Positions 1 through 8,997 of a stretch of DNA of 64,000 nucleotides are shown here, piece by piece. Location: the NCBI GenBank assembly GCA_049521735.1, contig JBEKON010000001.1, forward strand, positions 98,604 through 162,603, in the 5' to 3' direction. A model generated the notes under the pieces. The model saw nothing but the letters and a program-made list of their open reading frames with translations. It was not told the DNA's origin and ran no database searches. The translations under genes were made by a program, and so were the position numbers. The DNA is from Verrucomicrobiota bacterium (GTDB lineage Bacteria; Verrucomicrobiota; Verrucomicrobiia; Limisphaerales; UBA11358). Every line of letters begins with the position of its first letter. Positions within the stretch are counted from its first letter, which is position 1.

Positions 1-558
1 AGCGCCATGTGAATTGCCGATGGCGACGGCGAGTGAATCGCAGCCGGATTCCTTCACAAATTTCACCGCTTCCTCCGGATTGGTATAATGGCCGCTCTTG
101 GAATAGCTGCCGCCGGCCTCGCCTTCATCGAATTGCGCGCCCACGAGATGACCCAGCTCGGCTTCCACCACGCAATTATGTTTGTGCGCGTATTCCACGA
201 CCTTCCTGGTGATTTCGACGTTTTTCTCAAACGGCTCGTGGCTGGCGTCAATCATCACGCTGGTAAACCCTTCGTCAATGCAGTCCTTGCACAATTCAAA
301 CGTGTCGCCATGATCCAGATGCACGGCAATGGGAATGGTTGAGAGGCTGACGGCCGCCTCAATGAGCTTTTTGAGATAAACGGGATTTGCATATTGCCGG
401 GCGCCCTTGGAAATCTGGAGGATCAACGGCGCTTTTTCCTCTTCGCAGGCCTCAACGATGGCCTGGATAAGCTCCATGTTGTTGACGTTGAACGCGCCGA
501 TGGCGTATTTGCCCTTCAACGCTTTTGCAAACAGCTCTTTTGTATGTGTCAGTGGCAT
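1..558 (-). CDS. fba: Class II fructose-1,6-bisphosphate aldolase, N-terminal ~185 codons (3' end beyond window)
   Basis: Hand translation of minus strand from ATG (complement of 556-558): MPLTHTKELFAKALKGKYAIGAFNVNNMELIQAIVEACEEEKAPLILQISKGARQY...IAVHLDHGD...GFTSVMIDASH. Not in ORF track (no stop in window); + ORF 88..342 is its antisense shadow. Confidence 0.85.
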   Translation of the reverse strand, partial: MPLTHTKELFAKALKGKYAIGAFNVNNMELIQAIVEACEEEKAPLILQISKGARQYANPVYLKKLIEAAVSLSTIPIAVHLDHGDTFELCKDCIDEGFTSVMIDASHEPFEKNVEITRKVVEYAHKHNCVVEAELGHLVGAQFDEGEAGGSYSKSGHYTNPEEAVKFVKESGCDSLAVAIGNSHGA

Positions 559-670
559 AGGTTTTCGATTTTAAATTTGCAGTGGCAAAGATGATAACCA
601 AGTTTTTCTGAAAAGAAACAAAAAACATAGCCGCACATCTCCGAATAAATTCCTTTGCGCCGTCGCGTCT

Positions 671-3600
671 TTGCGCGAAAAATGCGGTGTGCAGGTGCGA
701 TTTCTCCTCGGCCCCGCCGGCAGCGGCAAGACGTTCCTTTGCCTGAAGGAAATCCGTGATGCACTGCGCGAAAATCCTGAAGGACCGCCGCTGATTTTGC
801 TGGCGCCCAAACAGACCACGTTTCAACTCGAACGCCAGTTGCTCACCGGCCATTCGCTTGACGGTTACACGCGACTCCACATTTTTTCATTCGAGCGGCT
901 GGCACGATTTGTTTTTGAAAAATCAAACATCGTGCCGCCTGAACCATTGAGTGACGAAGGCCGTGTGATGGTGTTGCGCGCGCTGTTGATGCGGCACGAA
1001 CATAAACTGAAACTTTTTCGCGGGAGCGCGCGCCGCCCCGGCTTCGCGCAGGAACTCGGCGGATTGTTCAATGAATTCCGGCAGCATCAATTGACGCCGC
1101 TCAAACTCCGCGCCCTTGCCCAACGCCCGGGCTTGCGTCCCGAACTTGGGGACAAGCTGCAAGACCTCGCGCTGCTGGACGACGCTTACGCGAAATGGCT
1201 CTCCGAACACGAATTGCAGGACGCGGATTGTTTGCTGGATACGGCGACCGAAGCGCTGCGCTCCGAACTTAAAACTCAAAACTCAAAACTTAAAATTCAA
1301 GGTTTGTGGTTGGACGGTTTTGCCGAAATGACGCCGCAGGAACTCGGTTTGCTCGCCACCATTCTGCCGTTTTGTGAACGCGCAACGCTCGCGTTCTGCC
1401 TCGACGAATCCCGCGCGCGGAAAGCCGAAAGTTCATGGCTCTCACTTTGGTCAGCCGTTGGCAAAACCTATCAACAATGCCGGTCGCGAATTGAAAATCT
1501 GCCCGATTGCACAATCAGCGTTGAAACACTTAAGCGTGTCCCGGACCAAAACCGCTTTACGGGCAGTCCCGCTTTGCAATTTTTGGAGGCAAACTGGTCG
1601 CAACCAACTCAAAACTTAAAACTTAAAATTCAAAACTCAATCCGGCTCGTTGCCTGTCCAAATCCCGAAGTCGAGGCCGTTCTGGCCGCGCGCGAAATTT
1701 TGGAATTCGTCCGCCGCGGCAATCGCTTTCGCGACTGCGCCGTGCTTGTTCGCAGTCTTGACGCCTATCACAAGCCGCTGGAGCGCGCATTTTGCCGTTA
1801 CGGCATCCCGTTTTTCCTGGACCAGCGCAAATCCGTTTCACATCACCCCCTCGGCGAACTGACCCGCAGTGTGGTCCGCACCGTTGCATTTGACTGGCGG
1901 CAGGAGGATTGGTTCGCCGCGCTGAAAGCCGGGTTTTCGCCGGTGGATGAGGCGGAGATTGACCGGTTGGAAAACGAGGCGCTGGCGCGCGGCTGGCGTG
2001 GCGCGAAATGGCGCGAACCCATTCAAATCGCCGACGATCCACAATTGGAAAAATCACTCGAACGGTTGCGCAAAAAAATCCTGCCACCGTTTGAAAATTT
2101 CGCCAAACAGCTTGTGCGGTTGAAAAATGAACCCACCGGCGGGCAATTGGCCGATGCGTTGCGCGAACTTTGGGGCGAACTCGATGTGGAGAAAACCTTG
2201 GAGCGTTGGAGCCTTGTCGAAACGGAACAATCCGCAATCCATTCGACCGTTTGGGATCAAATGAACTTGTGGCTGGAAAATCTGGCGCTTGCATTTCCAC
2301 GCGAGCCATTGCCGCTGCGCGACTGGCTGCCAATTTTGGAGGCGGGACTTTCGAACCTGACCGTTGGGGTGATTCCGCCCGTGCTCGACGAAGTGCTCGT
2401 CGGCGCGATTGACCGCGCGCGCAACCCCGATTTGAAACTGGCGCTCGTGCTCGGCGTGAATGAATCCGTTTTTCCCGCCGCGCCCGCCGCCCCGACGATT
2501 TTGACCGACGCCGACCGCGATGAATTGAATCCTGCGGTTGCGCTTGGCCCGGATTTGCGCGAGCGGCTGGCGCGCGAGCGTTATTATGGCTACATCACCT
2601 GCACCCGCGCGCGGGAAAAACTCGTTGTGACCTTTGCCCGCCTCGACGCCGATGGCAAAACACTGAACCCGTCGTCGCTCGTCGCACATCTGCGACAGAT
2701 GTTCCCTGAACTTGAAATTGAGGAATTCCACACGGACACCGATTTGGGCGAGGTGGAACATGTGAGTGAAATCGCGCCGATGCTGATGGGAGTTCAGGTA
2801 GGGCGGGCTGTCCCCAGCCCGCCGGAGCGGCGCGATGAGGACATCGCGCCCTACCAACAAAATTGGGCGAGGTTGCTGAAAATTCCAGTGCTCGCAACGC
2901 TGCTCGAAAATTTGCGCCAGTTGCGCGAACCGGATTCGGCGGAATGTTTGTCTCCCGCGCTCGCGGAAAAAATTTACGGCGAGACACTGCAAACGTCGGT
3001 CAGCCGGCTCGAGGAATTTGCCCAGTGCCCGTTTCGATTTTTCGTTCATTCCGGCTTGCGCGCCGAGGAGCGAAAAGTTTTCGAGCTGGATGCGCGCGAA
3101 CGCGGCAGTTTTCAGCACGAAGTTTTGAAAAAATTCCACGACGATTTGACGAAAGAGGGCAAACACTGGCGCGACATTGCGCCGTCGGAAGCGCGCGAAC
3201 GCGTTGGTAAAATTGCCGCCGGACTTGCGCAAGATTATCGCGACGGTTTGTTGCGCGCGGATGACCAAAGCCGGTTTGCCGCGCGCATGCTGACGGAGTC
3301 GCTGCAGGATTTTGTCGAGGTGCTCGTCGCGTGGATGCGCGGGCAGTACCAGTTTGATCCGGCGGTGGCTGAACTCGAATTTGGTTTCAACGTCGGCGGT
3401 GCGCCCGCGTGGGAAATCAATCTCGACGACCGGCACAAGCTCGCGTTGCGCGGACGGATTGACCGGGTTGATTTGTGCCGCGAAACCGGCGACAGCGCGT
3501 TATGCGTGGTGATGGATTACAAGTCCGGCGGCAAGAAGCTCGACGCGATTTTGGTCGAGCACGGCGTGCAATTGCAATTGCTCGCGTATTTGAACGCGCT

Positions 3601-4102
3601 GCGGCATTGGCCAAATCCTCAAACGCTGTTGGAAGCGGCCCGGTTGATTCCAGCGGGTGTTTTCCACGTGAATCTGCGCGGCCAATACGAAAGCGGCAGC
3701 ACGCGCGCCGAGGCGCTGGCCGACGCGGATGAATCACGGCGCGTGGCGTATCGTCATACGGGACGTTTTGATGCGAGTTTTCTGGACAAGTTTGACAACC
3801 GTCCGAATGTGCGGTGCGGCGACCAGTTTAATTATAACCGCAACAACGACGGCTCAATGCGCAAAGGCTCGACTGAAGCGCTGTCGCGCCCGGAATTTGG
3901 AGCGTTGCTTGACCGCGTCGAAATGCAATTGCGCAAGATGGGCCGCGCGATTTTTTCCGGCGCGGCGTCCGTTGACCCGTATCGCAAAGGCAGCGAGACG
4001 CCGTGCGGATTTTGCGATTACCGCGCCGTGTGCCGGATTGATCCGTGGACGCACCGTTATCGCGTGCTGCGCGCGGCGAAAGAAAATTCTCCGTCAACAT
4101 GA
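671..4102 (+). CDS. addB: AddB/RexB-type helicase-nuclease subunit (PD-(D/E)XK nuclease with Fe-S cysteines)
   Basis: 1143-aa ORF; N-terminal Walker A GPAGSGKT; C-terminal CPFRF ... CGFCDYRAVC four-Cys pattern typical of AddB. Start uncertain (TTG 671 or GTG 689/695). No addA-like gene adjacent. Confidence 0.75.
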   Translation: MREKCGVQVRFLLGPAGSGKTFLCLKEIRDALRENPEGPPLILLAPKQTTFQLERQLLTGHSLDGYTRLHIFSFERLARFVFEKSNIVPPEPLSDEGRVMVLRALLMRHEHKLKLFRGSARRPGFAQELGGLFNEFRQHQLTPLKLRALAQRPGLRPELGDKLQDLALLDDAYAKWLSEHELQDADCLLDTATEALRSELKTQNSKLKIQGLWLDGFAEMTPQELGLLATILPFCERATLAFCLDESRARKAESSWLSLWSAVGKTYQQCRSRIENLPDCTISVETLKRVPDQNRFTGSPALQFLEANWSQPTQNLKLKIQNSIRLVACPNPEVEAVLAAREILEFVRRGNRFRDCAVLVRSLDAYHKPLERAFCRYGIPFFLDQRKSVSHHPLGELTRSVVRTVAFDWRQEDWFAALKAGFSPVDEAEIDRLENEALARGWRGAKWREPIQIADDPQLEKSLERLRKKILPPFENFAKQLVRLKNEPTGGQLADALRELWGELDVEKTLERWSLVETEQSAIHSTVWDQMNLWLENLALAFPREPLPLRDWLPILEAGLSNLTVGVIPPVLDEVLVGAIDRARNPDLKLALVLGVNESVFPAAPAAPTILTDADRDELNPAVALGPDLRERLARERYYGYITCTRAREKLVVTFARLDADGKTLNPSSLVAHLRQMFPELEIEEFHTDTDLGEVEHVSEIAPMLMGVQVGRAVPSPPERRDEDIAPYQQNWARLLKIPVLATLLENLRQLREPDSAECLSPALAEKIYGETLQTSVSRLEEFAQCPFRFFVHSGLRAEERKVFELDARERGSFQHEVLKKFHDDLTKEGKHWRDIAPSEARERVGKIAAGLAQDYRDGLLRADDQSRFAARMLTESLQDFVEVLVAWMRGQYQFDPAVAELEFGFNVGGAPAWEINLDDRHKLALRGRIDRVDLCRETGDSALCVVMDYKSGGKKLDAILVEHGVQLQLLAYLNALRHWPNPQTLLEAARLIPAGVFHVNLRGQYESGSTRAEALADADESRRVAYRHTGRFDASFLDKFDNRPNVRCGDQFNYNRNNDGSMRKGSTEALSRPEFGALLDRVEMQLRKMGRAIFSGAASVDPYRKGSETPCGFCDYRAVCRIDPWTHRYRVLRAAKENSPST
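1268..1300 (+). repeat. Heptamer tandem array (AAAACTC/AAAACTT/AAAATTC x4-5), in frame inside addB
   Basis: cttaaaactcaaaactcaaaacttaaaattcaa read directly; encodes ...LKTQNSKLKIQ... Confidence 0.9.
1606..1640 (+). repeat. Second AAAACTY heptamer array, same orientation, in frame inside addB
   Basis: caactcaaaacttaaaacttaaaattcaaaactcaa; encodes ...TQNLKLKIQNS... Confidence 0.9.
2797..2855 (+). repeat. GTAGG...CCTAC double-hairpin palindromic element (type 1), in frame inside addB
   Basis: ggtagg-gcgggctg tcccc agcccgcc-ggagc-ggcgcgatg aggac atcgcgcc-ctacc; translated as VGRAVPSPPERRDEDIAPYQ. Confidence 0.9.
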
Positions 4103-4788
4103 CGCTTCGCGGCAAATCCGATCCGGATTGGTCCTCGCTTGTCGAAGAATGGAAGGCCATGCAGTTGCAGTTACGTGAGCGAATGATTGTCACGCCGCTC
4201 GAACCGCTGCCGGGATTTGTCGCCGGGGCGGATTGTGCGTTTTCCGCCGACAAACAAACCATCTTCGCCGCCGCCGTGGTTTATGACCGTGAAACGCAGC
4301 GCATCATCGAAACCGCCCATGCGGTGCGGCCCGCTGAATTTCCCTACATTCCGACTTTTTTAAGCTTTCGCGAAGGGCCGGCGGTTTTGCAGGCAATCCG
4401 TTCGTTGAAGCATGAATTTGGTGCGATTCTTTTCGACGGTCATGGTTTTGCGCATCCGCGTCGCTGCGGCATCGCATCGCATCTGGCGATTGAATTGGAC
4501 AAGCCCGGCGTTGGCGTCGGCAAAAGCCGGTTGATCGGAACGTTTGGAAAACTTTCGCCAAAGGCGGGGGCAACTGTGCCGCTTATGGACGACAACAAAC
4601 AAATCGGCGTTGTGTTACGGACGCAGAAAGGTATTCGTCCAGTTTTTGTGAGCGTCGGCCATCACGTGGATTTGGCATCCGCTGTCAAACTCGTGTTGGC
4701 CTGTTGCACGTGCTATCGCATTCCAGAACCGACGCGGCAGGCGGACATCGAAGTGGCGAAGTTGAAACGGACGAGCGGTGAGATTTAA
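4099..4788 (+). CDS. nfi: Endonuclease V
   Basis: [48 protein letters not shown] motifs; ATG 4099 overlaps the addB stop (ATGA). The ORF-track start at 4045 is probably too early. Confidence 0.85.
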   Translation: MTLRGKSDPDWSSLVEEWKAMQLQLRERMIVTPLEPLPGFVAGADCAFSADKQTIFAAAVVYDRETQRIIETAHAVRPAEFPYIPTFLSFREGPAVLQAIRSLKHEFGAILFDGHGFAHPRRCGIASHLAIELDKPGVGVGKSRLIGTFGKLSPKAGATVPLMDDNKQIGVVLRTQKGIRPVFVSVGHHVDLASAVKLVLACCTCYRIPEPTRQADIEVAKLKRTSGEI

Positions 4789-6575
4789 TGATACTCCTGC
4801 AACGTCTTGACGCTGTAGCCGGATTTTTTGAGTGCGGCGATGCCGAGGGCGGCGGCTTTCGCGCCGCTTAGCGTCGTCATGATGGGCGTGCCGGTGTAAA
4901 TCGCTGTCGTGCGGATTTTGACTTCGTCTTCTCGCGGCACCGCGCCGCTCGGCGTGTTGATGACGAGCTGGATTTCCTTGTTCTTGAGCAAATCAATCAC
5001 ATTTGGACGGCCTTCGAGCAATTTAACGATGCGCTCGACTTTCAAGCCCGCCTTTTCCAGCACACCGGCCGTGCCGACTGTCGCCACAAACTCGAATTCC
5101 AAATCGGCAAATTGTTTCGCCACCGCCGCAACATGTTTTTTGTGCGCGTCACTCACGCTGATGAAAACTTTTCCGCTCAACGGCAGCGACGCGCCCGCCG
5201 CTATTTGCGATTTGGCGTAGGCGATGCCCAGGTCGGCATCCAGACCCATGACTTCGCCGGTCGAGCGCATTTCCGGCGAGAGCAAAATATCCTGCCCATG
5301 AAAACGGTTGAACGGGAAAACGGATTCCTTCACCGCCCAATACTTCGGTTTGATTTCCTTGGTGAAACCGAGTTCTTTCAAGGTTTTTCCGGCCATGACT
5401 CTCGCCGCGAGCTTGGCCAGCGGCACGCCAATGGCCTTGCTCACAAACGGCACGGTGCGCGACGCACGCGGGTTCACTTCGAGCACGAAAACCTTTTCGT
5501 CCTTCACGGCGTATTGGACGTTCATCAAGCCGATCACTTCCAATTCGCGCGCCATCGCGTGAGTGTAATCGCGAATTGTCTCGATGACTTTTTTGGAAAG
5601 TGTGTGCGGCGGCAAAACCATCGCTGCATCGCCGGAATGAATACCGGCGAATTCGATGTGCTCCAATATTCCTCCGATGACAATTGTGCCGTCGCCCGGT
5701 TTTTTGGAATGGCCGACGTCGGCGATGCAATCCACGTCCACTTCGGTCGCATCTTCCAAAAACCGGTCCACGAGCACCGGACGTTCGGGCGATGCCTCGA
5801 CCGCGAAACGCATGTAATGCTGCAATTCGGCGTCGGAATAGACAATTTGCATCGCGCGACCGCCGAGCACGAAACTTGGCCGGACCAAAATCGGGTAGCC
5901 AAGCTTTTGGGCGACTTCGAGCGCCTCCGTTTCGTTCGTGGCAACACCGTTGGGCGGCTGCGGAATTTTCAGTTTGTCGAGCATCGCGGCGAAGAATTTG
6001 CGGTCTTCGGCGATTTCGATGTTCTGTGGTGAAGTGCCGATGATGTTGACGCCATTTTTCTGGAGGCCGAGCGCAAGGTTCAGCGGGGTTTGCCCGCCGA
6101 ATTGCGCGATGGCGCCCCAGCATTGCTCGCGTTCGTAAATGTGCAGCACGTCTTCGAGCGTGAGCGGTTCGAAGAAAAGCTGGTCGCTTGTGTCGTAATC
6201 GGTCGAAACGGTTTCGGGATTCGAGTTGACCATGATGGTTTCGAAACCGTCCTCCTTGAGTGCGAACGCGGCGTGCACGCAGCAGTAATCAAACTCAATT
6301 CCCTGCCCGATGCGGTTCGGTCCGCCGCCGAGAATCATCACTTTTTTCTTCGGCGTCCTTTTGATTTCGTCATCGCCGCGATCATAAGTCGAATAATAAT
6401 AAGGCGTGTAAGCCTCAAACTCGGCGGCGCAGGTGTCCACGAGTCGATAGCTGGGCACAAGGCCGAGTTTTTTCCGTAGCGCGCGGACTTCGTCCTCAGT
6501 TTGGCCGGTTAAATGGGCGATTTGCCGGTCGGAAAATCCCAAACCTTTCGCTTTGCTCAAAGTGTCATGTGTCAT
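4785..6575 (-). CDS. carB: Carbamoyl-phosphate synthase large subunit, C-terminal half only (split carB)
   Basis: 596 aa. From memory it aligns with E. coli CarB from about residue 470 onward: [57 protein letters not shown], second ATP-grasp, MGS-like tail. No N-terminal half in this window. Confidence 0.85.
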   Translation of the reverse strand: MTHDTLSKAKGLGFSDRQIAHLTGQTEDEVRALRKKLGLVPSYRLVDTCAAEFEAYTPYYYSTYDRGDDEIKRTPKKKVMILGGGPNRIGQGIEFDYCCVHAAFALKEDGFETIMVNSNPETVSTDYDTSDQLFFEPLTLEDVLHIYEREQCWGAIAQFGGQTPLNLALGLQKNGVNIIGTSPQNIEIAEDRKFFAAMLDKLKIPQPPNGVATNETEALEVAQKLGYPILVRPSFVLGGRAMQIVYSDAELQHYMRFAVEASPERPVLVDRFLEDATEVDVDCIADVGHSKKPGDGTIVIGGILEHIEFAGIHSGDAAMVLPPHTLSKKVIETIRDYTHAMARELEVIGLMNVQYAVKDEKVFVLEVNPRASRTVPFVSKAIGVPLAKLAARVMAGKTLKELGFTKEIKPKYWAVKESVFPFNRFHGQDILLSPEMRSTGEVMGLDADLGIAYAKSQIAAGASLPLSGKVFISVSDAHKKHVAAVAKQFADLEFEFVATVGTAGVLEKAGLKVERIVKLLEGRPNVIDLLKNKEIQLVINTPSGAVPREDEVKIRTTAIYTGTPIMTTLSGAKAAALGIAALKKSGYSVKTLQEYH

Positions 6576-6590
6576 GTGCCATGTGCCACG
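6562..6590. repeat. Left arm of long hairpin (GTGTCAT/GTGCCAT heptamers x4) enclosing the four-helix-bundle gene
   Basis: gtgtcatgtgtcatgtgccatgtgccacg. Hand pairing with 6978-7006 gives 22 Watson-Crick + 3 G-T of 29 positions. Contains the carB-C start codon and the four-helix-bundle ORF stop. Confidence 0.8.
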
Positions 6591-6967
6591 TTTGCGCTTT
6601 GGGCGCGCCGTGTCAGGGAACGTTTGAAACCGCCGATGAGGGCTTTGGTTTTGGCTGCTTGTGTATGATGTTCCCGAAACACAGGTTCATTAATATAGCC
6701 ATTGTCGAGCGCCACATAAAGCAGAGACTGAACTTCAACAGCTGAACGTCTGGCGATTCCTAAAAAACGGGCGAATTCGACCTTTGATTCACAATCGAAA
6801 CCTTCGGCAATGTTGGCCATGGTTGAAACCGCTGCGCGTTGAATTTGATCCTTCAATCCAAAATCCCGCGCCAAACCACCATCACCAGTCAAATGATAAA
6901 CACCACGCGTCAATTTCCGCGCTTCCTGCCATGCTTGAATATCTTCAAATTTGCTGATTAAAGGCAT
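6572..6967 (-). CDS. Four-helix-bundle protein (23S rRNA intervening-sequence protein family)
   Basis: [19 protein letters not shown]...[18 protein letters not shown]...[23 protein letters not shown] matches my memory of this family; start taken at the internal ATG 6967. Confidence 0.8.
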   Translation of the reverse strand: MPLISKFEDIQAWQEARKLTRGVYHLTGDGGLARDFGLKDQIQRAAVSTMANIAEGFDCESKVEFARFLGIARRSAVEVQSLLYVALDNGYINEPVFREHHTQAAKTKALIGGFKRSLTRRAQSANVAHGT

Positions 6968-6977
6968 GGTGATAAAA

Positions 6978-7007
6978 CCTGATACGTGACACTTGATACA
7001 TGACACG
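6978..7007. repeat. Right arm of the hairpin enclosing the four-helix-bundle gene
   Basis: cctgatacgtgacacttgatacatgacacg, imperfect reverse complement of 6562-6590. Confidence 0.8.
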
Positions 7008-7097
7008 AAAGAGTAAGCCGGAAAAATCTGCGCGTGTCGAGCGGGGAGTGTTCAAATCCGCTTGCCGACCGCACAGGTTTGCGTTACGAAACGGCGG

Positions 7098-8306
7098 ATG
7101 AAAAGATTCGGGTGCGCGTTTTTTTGGCTGTCGTTTTTCGTCCCGATGCTCGCCAATGCGCAAATTGATCCCATCAAGCGCGATTTGGTTCAGTTCGGCT
7201 ACAATCAAGCGCTCGAAGGCCACGCGCCATTTGCCGGATACGCGTTTTATTATCACAACCAGCCGGATTTTCTGCGCACGAACCTCACCTTGCGTCTGGC
7301 GCTCGCGCCGGTTTATCTCGATTCGGAGCTGGGCTTCGTTGGCGGACTGGGACCGAACACGGATTTCGCCATCGGCGTGGCTGGCGGCGGTTTTGGGGAC
7401 AGTTATTCGGAGATTCGCGGCGGCACGTACTATCCCGGCGAATCGTTTGACGGCAACGGCGGGGAAATTTCCGCGAGCGTTTATCATCTGTTCAATCCCG
7501 GCGACGAAATCCCGCTGAACTTTGTTTTGCGCGGCACGGCGCATTATTCTTTTTACGGTCGCAACGGAGACACGTCACCGGCGTTTCAACTGCCCGGCGA
7601 CCACGGCGATTTCAGCGTGCGCACCGGACTGCGCTGGGGCGGCGTCGAACCGACGTTGTTTCCGCCACTCGCGATGGAGTTGTCCGTTTGGTATGAGGGT
7701 TATTTTCGCAGCCATTCCGGCACGTATGGTTTCAACGGCGACCGCGAGCTCAAGGAACAATCGCATTTGTTTTGGGCGGAAGCGGCGCTGGCGTACACGC
7801 TGCCCAAAAGCCAGCAAAGTTTTTACGTCCGCCTGACCGCCGGCACGAGCGTGGACGCCGACCGTTTCAGCGCGTATCGGCTCGGCGGATTTCTGCCGCT
7901 CATCGCGGAATTTCCGCTATCGCTGCCCGGCTACTATTTTCAGGAAATCAGCGCGCGACAATTTGCGCTGCTCAATGCGAATTACCTTTTGCCGCTCGAC
8001 GGGGAAAAACGCTGGAACATTGACGTGAACGCATCCAGCGCGTTTGTGGATTATCTGCCCGGCGAATCGCAGCCCGGCAACTGGCTCAACAGCGTAGGCG
8101 GCGGCATTTTGTATCATTCACCGTCCGACCGCTGGAAAATCATGCTCGATTACGCTCACGGCATTGACGCCATTCGTTCTCATGGACGCGGCGCGAACAG
8201 CATCGGTTTGCTCGTGCAATTCGATCTCGGCGCCAAGCCCAGCCGGAGCTTCAATTCCACGCAACCATCGCAGTGGCGCGGATGGCAGCGGATTTTCGGC
8301 GATTGA
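7098..8306 (+). CDS. Secreted hypothetical protein, probably an outer-membrane beta-barrel
   Basis: Signal peptide MKRFGCAFFWLSFFVPMLANAQ; Gly/aromatic-rich alternating composition; no family recognised. Confidence 0.5.
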   Translation: MKRFGCAFFWLSFFVPMLANAQIDPIKRDLVQFGYNQALEGHAPFAGYAFYYHNQPDFLRTNLTLRLALAPVYLDSELGFVGGLGPNTDFAIGVAGGGFGDSYSEIRGGTYYPGESFDGNGGEISASVYHLFNPGDEIPLNFVLRGTAHYSFYGRNGDTSPAFQLPGDHGDFSVRTGLRWGGVEPTLFPPLAMELSVWYEGYFRSHSGTYGFNGDRELKEQSHLFWAEAALAYTLPKSQQSFYVRLTAGTSVDADRFSAYRLGGFLPLIAEFPLSLPGYYFQEISARQFALLNANYLLPLDGEKRWNIDVNASSAFVDYLPGESQPGNWLNSVGGGILYHSPSDRWKIMLDYAHGIDAIRSHGRGANSIGLLVQFDLGAKPSRSFNSTQPSQWRGWQRIFGD

Positions 8307-8426
8307 AAGTCGCGAAAGCCGTTTTCAAATGCATTTTTCCCCGCGCCTGGCGCCCGGGGCGGGCCGGGATGCGATTCGATTCGACTTGCGCCAATCGCCG
8401 TCGCTTGGTTTATTATGAGGACAAGT

Positions 8427-8511
8427 GCGCATATGGTGGAATTGGCAGACACGCTACTTTGAGGTGGTAGTGGGGCAACCCGTGCAGGTTCAAGTCCTGC
8501 TATGCGCACCA
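8427..8511 (+). tRNA. tRNA-Leu (anticodon GAG), CCA encoded
   Basis: Hand fold: acceptor GCGCATA/TATGCGC, anticodon stem CTACT/GGTAG with loop TTGAGGT, long variable arm, T-arm GCAGG-TTCAAGT-CCTGC. Layout parallels E. coli tRNA-Leu. Confidence 0.9.
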
Positions 8512-8547
8512 AATTTTTGATTCCCCCCATTCCGCCAGGGGAAAAAC

Positions 8548-8964
8548 ATGGTTTACCAAAAACAAATCCTGCTGGAAACCCGGGGACACCGGCACATGCA
8601 TGACCTGACGGCGGACGTGGCGCGGATTGTCCATGAATCCGGCGTGCGCACGGGCACCGCCCACGTGTTCAACGTCGGCAGCACCGGCGCGCTGGGCGCC
8701 ATCGAATACGAACCCGGACTGCTTGAAGACCTGCCAAACCTCCTCGATAAACTCATTCCACCGGGCCGCAACTATGGACACGAACAGGCCTGGCACGACG
8801 GCAATGGCCATTCGCATTTGCAGGCAACACTGCTCGGGCCGTCCCTGACCGTGCCGGTGGCCGACCGCAAACCGGTGCTGGGCACCTGGCAACAAATCTT
8901 CCATCTGGAATGCGACATTAAACCGCGCCGCCGTGCCATCATGGTGACGGTCTCCGGTGAGTGA
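8548..8964 (+). CDS. yjbQ: YjbQ/UPF0047 family protein (secondary thiamine-phosphate synthase family)
   Basis: 138 aa; ...HVFNVGSTGALGAIEYEPGLLEDL...HDGNGHSHLQATLLGPSLTVPV... typical of UPF0047. Confidence 0.8.
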   Translation: MVYQKQILLETRGHRHMHDLTADVARIVHESGVRTGTAHVFNVGSTGALGAIEYEPGLLEDLPNLLDKLIPPGRNYGHEQAWHDGNGHSHLQATLLGPSLTVPVADRKPVLGTWQQIFHLECDIKPRRRAIMVTVSGE

Positions 8965-8997
8965 TTTTTTCGCGAATGGCAGATCGGCAGGCAGCAA

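Noticed and set aside
2054-3436. Long antisense or out-of-frame ORFs (2054..3436-, 5112..6032+, 5149..6123-, 26235..27452-, 31120..31977+, 33774..34775+, 35487..36344-, 42623..43603-, 51668..52750-, 59900..60880+)
   Set aside because: Each lies entirely within a well-supported gene on the other strand or frame. Their Arg/Ala/Gly-rich, motif-free translations are typical shadow ORFs of GC-rich DNA.
8427-8511. tRNA-Leu as an integration hotspot or genomic-island boundary
   Set aside because: There is no integrase, no direct repeat of the tRNA 3' end and no compositional shift downstream. The flanking genes (OMP-like, yjbQ, rib genes) look like core genome.
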